From: Selaginella moellendorffii
Lineage: Eukaryota; Plantae; Lycopodiophyta
DNA: 64,000 bases
Assembly (NCBI RefSeq): GCF_000143415.4
Contig: NW_003314356.1
Coordinates: 434,001-498,000, forward strand
Reading direction: 5' to 3'
In this document: piece by piece, positions 53,615 through 64,000 of the stretch
Layout: each line of letters starts with the position of its first letter
Numbering within the stretch: the stretch's first letter is position 1
The notes under the pieces: model-generated
The model's input: the letters and a program-made list of their open reading frames with translations, nothing else
The model's database searches: none
What the model was told of the DNA's origin: nothing
Position numbers and translations under genes: made by a program

Positions 53615-53781
53615 AGGTATAGGGACACCTATATCCCATTATCATGGGCTCTTAGCTAGGGAAGCTGACTTAGGCACACCGCTAAGTATGAAGATGCCCC
53701 CAAAGATATGGTCAACAAGTCGTAGGAATAAAAAAGAAATGTTTAATATAGCCAACGAACTTCTTTTATAGATGGTGGAGT

Positions 53782-54757
53782 TGTAAGGAACCAATCCCCG
53801 AGGTGTCATAGGCTAAAAGGTCCTTGAAACCATGACCAAAATGATAAATAGTTTATTGGATGAAACTGAATTTGAGATCAAGTCTAAAACTAAGTCCATA
53901 TCCAAGGTCAGGTCTAAGATCGAGTCCGAGACTGAGTCCAAGATCAAGTCTAAGATCAAGTCCAAGATCAAGTCCGAGATCAAGTCCATGATTGAGTCCA
54001 AATACTAATATAAAGTGATCGCCTCCCCAATGGCAGAGGGGTAATTGCAAGGGGTTCCAAAAGTATAGTAGATATAGTGAGGTCTAGGAACTAGTTTTGA
54101 ATCTCTCTAATAGTGCTTCCAAATTGATTTGAGGTTAGGCCTAGGGGTTAGGGGCTTTGGGTGGGAGTGAGCATGGATTATGATGGTGTTAAAAAAACCA
54201 TTTAAGGAAGTTCTCAAAAACAACTCCCACTCCTAGAATTGAAACTGACTATAGTGCTCTCAACTCATGTGTAATGTAGCTCATTAGTCCTTACTCCTTC
54301 CTAGGGGCTTAGGCCTTCCCTTTGGGATGGAAGTGGGGTAGTAGGGGTACTCATGCTGGCATGTTAGGCTATAGTGTTTCTTCTCAAAGTCCCGAAACAA
54401 GTGATGCACCCAAGGCTTGGGATTTAAAGGGTCCCATGATCAAATCTTGTTGTACCAAGGGAGGTTAAAAATTTGGAAGCTTGGTGTGCTTAGCTAGTTA
54501 TGCTTACAGGGAATGTAGCCGAACCTTAAGTCCAGTTTAACCTGGGGAGGGGGATTGAAAGAGAATTTGGGAATCTTTGAATTGATAATTAACACTTTAT
54601 TACCTATGTAGTGAGTAGCTAAAACAAGGTAGGATGAAGTAGGAGTTAGTATAATAGGTGGGAACCTTAATAAAAGAACTTAACTAAGGCCAAGGTAGTC
54701 GTGGTCAGATACATGAGGTAAGCTAGTAAATTGGAAAGGAAAAATTTATGGCTTATA
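53782..54757 (+). repeat. Degenerate family-C 3' LTR
   Basis: GGTGGAGT PPT then TGTAAGGAACC...GGCTTATA. Confidence 0.75.
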
Positions 54758-55892
54758 TTAGAGTGTCACGAAATTAGAAGACAGAATAATAGTGCCCTCA
54801 AGTAAAAAACTTCCTAGAAAGGGGAAGTAGATTTTGCACAATATATGCAATGTAACATGTTAGAGACACCTAGGAAATTGACTTAAGAAGTTAAAAGTTA
54901 AAGTTCCAAAGTGCAATGGTTATGTTGATAGAAGTTGAGATTACTTGGGAATAAGTAATGGGATTGAGATAAAGAAGGTGTTTCTAATGATTTTAGCAAG
55001 AAGTAAATAAACTTATTTACTTCTTTACAAAAGGGAACAACCACTACATGTGAGACATAAATCCCTAATCCCTAAAATGGAGCCAAAATTATGGTAAGTG
55101 CTCGAAGCAAAAGTTTAACAAGTGTAACACGTTTAGACCAAAAGCTCTAACTTGGAAAGTCGATTAAGAACCTGGAGGATTGGTGTGCTTGGCTAGTTAT
55201 ACCTGTAAAGAGGGTAGCAAAAATTTAAGTCCAACCTAACCTAGGGAGGGGGATTATGAAAGAATTTAGGAATCTATAGATGGATGGCTAACACTCAATT
55301 GCTTGTGTAGTAAGTAGTTAAAATCAAATTGGACCAAGTAGGAGTTAATACAATAGCTAGGAACTTTGGCAATGGAACTTAATAAAGGCTAAGGTAGTGG
55401 TAGTCAGATACATAAGGTAAGCTAGTAAATTGAAAAGGAAAAATTATGGCTTATACTAGAGTGGCACAAAATATAAGAGAGGATGATGGTGCCCTCAAGT
55501 AAAGAACTTTTTAGGAAGGGGAAGTGAAGTTTGCACAATATATGTAATGTAATATGTTAGAGACACCTAAGAAATTGACTTAAGAAGTCAAAAGTTAAAG
55601 TTCCAAAATGCAATATTTATGTTGATAGAAGTTGAAAATACTCGGGAATGACTAGTGGGATTGAGATAGAGAAAGTGTCTCTAATGAGTTTAACAAGAAG
55701 TAAACAAACAAAGGGGAAGGACCACCATATGTGATTGAATGAGTCTCTAAATAAGAGAGACTATGCTCTTTAGAGAGTGGGCAAGGCATGGTGACAAATA
55801 CTGGATGAAAATGGTAATTCATGATGGCATTACTTTATAAAATGGTTTCTCATCCGATCAGGACATCGAACTTTGTCTATAGGTGGTAGAGT

Positions 55893-57305
55893 TTTGAGAC
55901 ACAAATCCTTAAGCCCCAAAGTGGAGCTGAAAGTGTGGCATATAGTAGTGATCGAAGTGAAAGTCCAACAAGTATAACATGTCTAGACCAAAAGCTCTAA
56001 CTCAGAAAGTCGAGAGCAAGAATGGAACTCCAAACAAAGTATTCAAGGAATGAACTAAAGCAATCAATGAATAAGTCTTTAAAAAGGGACACAAGAAGGA
56101 TTGACACAAGTGTTGTGACATATAGAAGTGTCGGGACTTAGTCTGAGATGAAGTCCGGGATAAACTCTGAAATGAAATACGAGAAGGAGTTTGAGATGGA
56201 GTTTGAGAAGTCTAAGATTAAGTCCGAAATAGGGAGTCCGAGTCCAAGTCATAGACCAAGTCCATGTCCAAGTCCTAAAGCCCAAAGTGATTATCTCCCA
56301 AACCCTAGAGGGTTTGGTAAGCTCTAAAAGGATAGTTGAAGGAGGACATCCAATGGAACTAATTTGACCAGGAAAGGCTAATGTGACCAAGGAATGTTAT
56401 ATGTGTGGGTGGCACTAACTATATAGATACCTGGTGTGGCTTATCAACACCTTGGCTAGGGCACCTACAAGCAGAAGGTGGGGAGAGTACCTATGAGGTT
56501 TGTGTTAGGCCATAGTATTTTGCAATGTCATTTTAAAGTCTTGGATTGTGGAAAAGAAGAGGAGAAATTGTTTTGTGTAGTGACCAAGAATAAGGTTATG
56601 TGGCAAGGAAGTCCCAAAGGTCAATAGAACTTAGTGGGTAGGCCTTCTAGCCCTGACCAAGTGGCAGTGTTGGCAAGCATGGTCGTGGATGGAAAAAAAC
56701 TTAATGGGGACTGAAGAAGGGATATTGGGGAAGGGTGTTTCTCATGTCTTTGGGCATCCTAAGGATGTTAAGGTGTGGTCATGGGATGACCACTCATGGA
56801 TGGATAGCCCAGTCTTTGGGAAACAAAACTATGGTATAGGTGGTCTTGGTCATCTTGATCATGGTACAGGTGGCCTTCGAGCCTTGACCTAGTGGTAGTG
56901 TTGGCAAGTACAGTTGTGGACTAAAGAAGGGATATTGGGGAAGGATGTTCATAATGCATTTGGGCATCCTAAGGATGTTAAGTTGTGGTCATGGAATGAC
57001 CACTCATAGATAGATGGCCTAATTTGTGGGAGATGAGAGTATGGTACAGGTGGTCTTGGATTACCTACAAAACAAAGGTGAATGGATATAGCCTTAACAT
57101 TGATATGTCAATGGTAACTTTAGATTCTCTATTGTGTGATCAGACACATAGAGTACTTAAACCAAGTGCAAATGCTAAGTAGCATAGGTGCCATTCACGA
57201 GACTAACATGTCCCCAAGTCAAAAATAAGACTTATGGAGGTTGTTAGTGAGACTCCTTCAAGTGGTTAAAGTCATGGGTAAGTGACTAAAGTAAAATAGA
57301 AATTT
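55893..57305 (+). repeat. Highly degenerate family-A LTR
   Basis: PPT-like GGTGGTAGAGT then TTTGAGACACAAATCC...; ends GTGACTAAAGTAAAATAGAAATTT. Confidence 0.65.
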
Positions 57306-57444
57306 TTTTTTTAAATTTGTCGGGTTTCCCCCACCCCCCTAAATTCCCCCCTAATTTTTCCCCAAAAAAAGCCAAAAACCCCCCCCCCCCCCCCCCCCCG
57401 CCCCCGCCCCCGCCCCCGCTCCCGCCCCCGCCCCCCTTTGAGGA

Positions 57445-59050
57445 TCGCATGCTTTGGGCTTTCACCCTTAATCACCATTAGTACTAGAAGTTAATCTATG
57501 AGAGGACAAGTTTAAAAAGTACTAAATATTTAATGGTGCTAGATTGTAAATTTAGACATAGGACCAACACTATTGTGTTTAAGACAATCTTTGCATTCCG
57601 TAGATATACCAAATTAGTAAATCTAAATAGTTTCCATAAATAGCTAATAGAACCAAATAGGACCAACACAAGGGGCATGGTACCAAGATTGTCTTGGAAG
57701 ATATAATAATCTATCACTTAGTAAATATTGAGGGACTAAACTTAATATCATGGGAGTTCCCAACACTAGCAAGTGCAAGTTAATATATGAGTTTCTCATA
57801 CCAAGCCAAGTATGCTTAGCAAGAAACACATAAAAATTCCTATTTTATATTTATTAGGCATAATTACATACATGATGACCAATTTCTCAACTACCTTGGG
57901 TGGAGACTGATAAAGGGTTTAACAATACCGACCACCTACTATCGTGGTAGTAAGGAAAGAATATTTAAAAAGATTAACTTATAAGTAACTTTCGATACCC
58001 GTAATAACATTTGTGATACTCTCCCCCCTTAGGGAAGATCAACATCCTCATTGATTCATATTGTAATCTACACCATCACCAAGGAAACAACTTTAGAAAA
58101 AGTTCATAGTGTTCATATTTTGTGAGAAATACAATAACTTAAATGAGTTAAGAGGCAACCTCTCTATCTAACACAAATGCATTATAACTCAAATATCTTT
58201 TGACTGTTAACAAGGAAATTATCAATGGATTCAGCCACCCTTGCTGCTCTGGGTGTCACCTAGCTTACAAAGATGATATACCCGTGCCCATAGGTGATAT
58301 AGAGAGAAAAGCTAGAGGCCCCAACCTTCCTTGAGTAAAGAAACTAAACCCATCAGTAAGGTTTAGATAGACTATTATAAATAGGCAGTTACAGTTGTTT
58401 ACACAGTCATACCCTTTTACTAGAATAAGGAATATTGATAGAAAGGTGGGTCTAGTCAACTAGTCAACACTAATTACCTCAAGACTAAAGATTTTATTAT
58501 GCACACAAAGTGCTGAAACTAATCTGCCTTTACTAGCCCAAACCCAAAGACCAAGAGATGGACAATATCAAAGTCAAAGACAATGATATCTTAGAGACTT
58601 AATTATTAGTGAATCAAATTTATATTAAAACACAAAAGTATTCTAAATAAGTTATCATCTGATAATCAAAATTATAATATAAGAATCACCAAGATCATAT
58701 AGGTGAAAGTCATATGATTCACCATCTAACAAAATTCAATAGCTAATGTATCATCAAGAAAACTCAATGATAATACTTAACTATCAAGGATTCTAGATAG
58801 CATGCTAAACAACATATATAAGACAACTAAAAAAATACAAAATATTATCAACTAGTAAGAAAAATATTTGTGAATATATCACCTAAAGAAAATAACATCT
58901 AATCTATCAAAATCAATTGTTACTACAAGACTAACAAACACTTATTCATACCGACTATTGCACTAAGTAATCTAAATAAATCCTCATCAATAATACCAAA
59001 GAACCGAAGTTGCTCAAACAAATGTCAATAACATCCTATTAATGTCTCAA
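57445..59050 (-). mobile_element. Older fragment of a family-D element (interior, PPT, part of the 3' LTR)
   Basis: Reverse-complement homology to 17810-17906 plus 31577-33090; PPT complement CTCTCCCCCC at ~58019-58028. Confidence 0.75.
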
Positions 59051-60151
59051 ACTCTAAATTTGGGGAAACATTGAGAAAATAAGCTCCAAAGTGAAGTCAA
59101 AATGGAAAGGACCATTCCTCATCCAAGAATTCAAAACTCTAAGAATAGTAGCAATTGCAACACTCAATGGTGAGCATCTCCAAACCATCAACCTCAACAA
59201 ACTCAAGAAACACTAATCGTACAACTCAAACATCATTAACAGGGACCTTGAAGGAAATGAAGGTTTCAACTTTGAAGATAATAACAAAATATCAACAAGA
59301 ACTATAAGCATGAAGATCAAGAGATCAAGACTATGAAAAAATAACCAAAAGAATTCAACACATTTAATGTTTATAAAGTTCAAGCTCAAAAACTCAACAC
59401 AGTCAAGAAACATGAAGCTCAATTTCAAAAATCCAACATCAGAAAGATTTTAAAGAATCAAGCTCAAGAAAGCAACATGAAGGAAAATGACTTGAAGAAC
59501 CCTGACCAAAAACAAGATTTAGAGATCAACAAATCTATCAAGACTCGTCAACAAATATGCCAAAGACCAACACAAAGCAAGCTTCTCCAACACTACCACA
59601 CCAACAAAGGGAAAACTCAAGAAAGTTACTATAGAGACTCAAACTCAACACTTCAAGGCAAAGGGCAAAACCCTAACCCTAGCGATTGCAACTGTATCTC
59701 CGCCCTCTCACAAAGGAGTTTGTCTTCGAGCCAACAGCAATAAGTCTAGAGAGCACAAATCTCCTCTTCGCCTATAATCCAGCATAGAAGAGGACAAGGG
59801 CACTAGACAATTGACTGCGTGAGGTCGGCCTCTACAAGTTCTCCTACATCATGAAGAAAGAGTATAAGATTGACATCACAAAGAGAAAATGTTTCTAGCT
59901 TTTCGAGAAGAAATGGTGTGTGCCTAAGAATACAAATATATCTTGGGTATTCAAGCTTCCAATCAATGGAAAGCAAGTCACATCCATATCGCTAACAAAA
60001 GGGATACCACCAGGATGCATCAAGATCATTGAGAATTACAACTTTGAAAGTTTGTTTCAAATGAGCAATATCACCAACAAGGCAAAGCCAAGGCTCAAGT
60101 TTCTCATCTCAACTCTTGAGATGCACAAGTCAAGTAGCTCCACCAGCAAAG

Positions 60152-61664
60152 TGTAAGCAACTAATTTTTCCACTTTACTTTAGTCACTTAATTGCACCTC
60201 CGACCACTTGGAGGAGTCTCACTCACAACCTCTGTAAGTCTTATTTTGGACTTGGGCTTACTAGCCCCGAGAATGGCATCCCGGCCACTCAACCTATGCA
60301 CTTGGTCCAAGTGCTCCACGTGTCCGATCCCATGACCGACACCCCAAGGTACCACCAACATATTACACTAAGGCCACGTCTATTCACCTTGGTCACAACG
60401 ATGGTCTGGCACCACCTGCATCCCAGTCCCGTCACTCAAAGACTAGGCCATCCATCCACGAGTGATCATCCCAGATCCACTCCTTAGCATCCTTAGGATG
60501 CCCACAGACATGGGGATTAGCCTTCCCCAATATCTCCGTTCCAGTCCCCACCAGGTCCCTTTTCGTCCTTGGCCGTGCTCGCCAACACTGCCACTGGATC
60601 AAGGCCCACGGGCCCGACCACTAAGTCCCACTGTCCTTTAGGACTTCCTCCATGTGTGACTGTGTCCTTGGTTACCACACCAGAGGACTACTCCTCTTCC
60701 TTTCCACAGTCTAGGACTTTGGGACGACATTTCGAAACACCGTGGCCCTACGCGGGCCTCATGGGTACTCTCCCTGCCTTTTGCCTTTAGGTGCTCTACC
60801 ATGGGCTTAGAGCGAGGTTCCATTGAGCCACACTAGGTATCCAAGTAGGTAATGCCACCCACACTTGGACTGGGAGCATCGGCCAGACGATCTCCCAGGG
60901 GAACTAGAGCCGGCTCTTGAATACTTCACCAAGCTACCCCGCTTGTCAGTCCGTGTTCACTCTAGTCTTGGACTTCCCAGTGGTCAGCTCATCACCCAAC
61001 ACTGGGTGCAGCCTCTCTGGGCCAAACTGGCCTTTCCTGGCCAAACTGGCTCCACTGCAGTCCTCCCCCTTACTATACTTTTGGAGCTCACCAAACCCCC
61101 CAAGGTCTGGGAGATGAACACTTTGGGCTTTCACCCTCTCAGACTCGAACTCGGACTCGGACTCGGATTCGGATTCGGACTCGGACTCGGACTCGGACTC
61201 GGACTCGGACTCAGACTCGGACTCGGACTCGGACTCGGACTCGGACTCGGACTCGGACTCGGACTCGGACTCGGACTCGGACTCGGACTCGGACTCGGAC
61301 TCGGACTCGGACTCGGACTCGGACTCGGACTCGGACTCGGACTCGGACTCGGACTCGGACTCGGACTCGGACTCGGACTCGGACTCGGACTCGGACTCGG
61401 ACTCGGACTCGGACTCGGACTCGGTCCCGGTCGCGGTCTGGGTCTGGGTCTGGGTCTGGGTCTCGGTCTTGGTCTGGGTCTCGGTCTCAGTCTCAGTCTC
61501 GGTCTCGGTCTCGGTCTCGGTCTTGGTCTTGGTCTTGGTCTCGCTCTCGCTCTCGACCTCGGACTCCATCTCGGGTCCTTCTCGGACTCCATCTCGAATT
61601 CCATCTCGGGTCCATCTCGGACTCCATCTCGGACTCTATCTCGGACTCCGTCTCGGTCCATCTC
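60152..61664 (-). repeat. Family-A LTR interrupted inside its tandem array by a family-B element
   Basis: Begins TGTAAGCAACT on the plus strand; about 47 GGACTC units at 61141-61423. Confidence 0.85.
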
Positions 61665-62962
61665 TGTTATGATCCGGCGCAAAAAAACAAAGATCTAGTT
61701 GCCCTAGATTATGCTACGCCACCTCTTGAGGCTCCTCACCACCCAACCACCCCCGAGCTACCTCAAAAGCTCCACTGCGCCGCCGCTCCACTGTGAGCCC
61801 TAGGGTAGGTTAAGTCCCTTACCCTAACATGCCTTAATATACCCTTGAGCCTCCCTTTGACCGACGTTGACCACGTAGTCAAAGCTGGCGCCTAACAATT
61901 CTCCCCCCCAACAAAGTCCTTGTCCCAAGGACGAGTTGTACCGGTGATCACTCTTTCTGGGGAATCCTGCTCAAGCTCCTGGTCCATCTTCCACAGCCGT
62001 ATACATCAAGGAGGCATTGGGCCCGTCACTCCGAGATAGTACACCTTTCAATTGGCTGACATAAAATACCGGATGAATTTTCACCCCAACTGGCAGCCGC
62101 ACCCGATAAGCCGCTTTACCAATGCGCTCCAGCACTTCATATGGACCAGCATATCGATGGGAAAGTTTATCACTCTTCCCTGTCCGTAAAGGCACCAAGG
62201 TGTTCCGTTGCTCACTTGACGGAAAGATCACTCGCACAAAGACGAGATCACCCACCTTATATTCCCGGAATTGGCGATGCTCATTGGCAAACTTCTCCGC
62301 TCTATCCTGAGCTGCTTGCAAATTCCGTTTGCACACCACCAGAATCTCATCAAGTTCTGTGGCCAAATCAGTTGCCTCGGAATCAAGCTTATCTTGAACG
62401 TCCTTACTCAAATGCAATCCCAACTCCACCGCTGTTCGAGGATGCCTTCCAAACATGGCAAAATAAGGACTTAGCTTGGTTCCACTGTGTTGGCTATTGT
62501 TGTAAGCAAATTGCACCAACGGAAGATATAAATCCCATTGTCCTTGCCTTTGACCAATGCTACAACGTAGCATATCCTCCACCACCTGATTCACACGCTC
62601 AGTTTGCCCATCCGTCTGAGGATGATCTCCACTTGAGAGTTTCAAAGTCACTTGCATAGCCTTTGCAAAGCTTTTCCAAAATCCACTAGTGAACTTTGAA
62701 TCTCGATCACTAATGATGTCCTCCGGCAAACCAAAATCAGGAAAAACCTTCTCCAAGTAAACTGCAGCCAAGTCTGAGGCAGTGACGGTCTTCCGAAGAG
62801 CCAACAACCGCACATACTTCATCAACCGATCCACTATGACCCATACTTGCTCCTTTTGCCTCTGTGTTCGTGGCAAACAAGTGATGAAGTCCATAGAGAT
62901 ACTACACCAACGGCTCTGAGGAATAGGTAAAGGTTGCAAAAGTCCCCCCGGCTTCTCCCATG
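61665..62962 (-). mobile_element. Family-B element 3' part: LTR 61665-61897, PPT, integrase core
   Basis: Near-identical to 9707-11001. The integrase reading frame is open over 61971-62962. Confidence 0.92.
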
Positions 62963-64000
62963 TGTGAGACACAAAATCCCTAGGCCCCAAAGTGGAGCCG
63001 GAAGGGCTCCACATGGTAGTGGCCGAAGCGAGAGCCAAACGAGCGTAACACGTTTGGACCAAAAGCTCCGACTTGAAAAGTCAAGAGCGGGAGTGGAAGT
63101 CCCAACGAAGTGCTCGAGGAACGAGCACGAAGCGAGCAAAAGGCGAGGCTCCAAAAAGGGACCCAAAAGGACCAACACATGACACGTGGGAGTGTCCGAG
63201 ATGGACTCGAGTTGGAGTCCGAAGTGGAGTCCGAGATGGACCTGAGTTGGAGTCCGAAGTGGAGTCCGAGATGGACCCGAGTTGGAGTCCGAAGTGGAGT
63301 CCGAGATGGACCTGAGATGGAGTCCGAGATGGAGTCCGAGATGGACCCGAGATGGACCCGAGATGGAGTCCGAGATGGAGTTCGAGATGGAGTCTGAGGT
63401 GGACCCGAGATGGACCCGAAATGGAGTCCGAGATGGAGTCCGAGATGGACCCGAGATGGACCCGAGATGGAGTCCGAGATGGACCCGAGATGGACCCGAG
63501 ATGGAGTCCGAGATGGAGTCCGAGGTGGACCCGAGATGGACCCGAAATGGAGTCCGAGATGGAGTCTGAGATGGACCCGAGATGGAGTCCGAGATGGAGT
63601 CCGAGATGGACCCGAGATGGACCCGAGATGGAGTCCGAGATGGAGTCCGAGATGGAGTCCGAAGTCGAGACCGAGACCGGGACCGAGACCGAGACCGAGA
63701 CCGAGATCGGGACCGAGACCAAGACCGAGGCCGAGGCCGAGACCGAGCCCGAGCCCGAGTCCGAGTCCGAATCCGAGTCCGAGTCCGAGTCCGAGTCCGA
63801 GTCCGAGTCCGAGTCCGGAGCCTGAGAGGGTGAAAGCCCAAAGCGTTCGTCTCCCAGACCCTGGGGGGTTTGGTGAGCTCCAAAAGTATAGTAGGGGGAG
63901 GACTGCAGTGGAGCCAGTTTAGCCAGGAAAGGCCAGTTTGGCCCAGGAAGGCTGGACCCAGTGTTGGGTGATGAGCTGCCCACTGGGAAGTCCAAGACTA
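62963..64000 (+). repeat. Family-A LTR inserted in the family-B integrase (runs off the window)
   Basis: TGTGAGACACAAAATCCC..., the near-identical reverse complement of 38905-39842; array at ~63195-63818. Confidence 0.9.

Noticed and set aside
57301-57440. Poly-C/(CCCCCG)n tract with G-quadruplex potential
   Set aside because: Homopolymer-rich junction at the position of the LTR-D G-run; it may be a low-quality sequence or slippage product.

Overview
This is a eukaryotic, repeat-only window, probably from a green plant (inferred from (CCCTAAA)n repeats, iMet-primed Ty3/Gypsy elements and ~50-nt introns). No ordinary host gene is visible. Most of it is a nest of LTR retrotransposons from four LTR families, which I label A-D; target-site duplications (TSDs) resolve the nesting order. 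Inside the nest are two near-identical, oppositely oriented copies of a ~13.7-kb cut-and-paste DNA transposon (17907-31572 and 33367-48188) with 24-bp terminal inverted repeats (TIRs) and 4-bp TSDs. The transposon has two divergent genes. One is a Sola-like DDD transposase. The other is a gene that the ORF track fragments but that splices into 11 exons and ~1,630 aa: ParB/Srx-like domain, degenerate beta-class DNA-methyltransferase-like fold, acidic linker, and FCP1/SCP-type HAD phosphatase. The transposon also carries more than 25 copies of a 22-bp palindrome (ATGGCRTG-N-GGCC-N-CAYGCCAT), many inside its tiny introns. The pairing of a ParB-like cargo protein with a dispersed palindrome is the candidate novel system. 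All domain calls are by-eye motif recognition; no database search was run.
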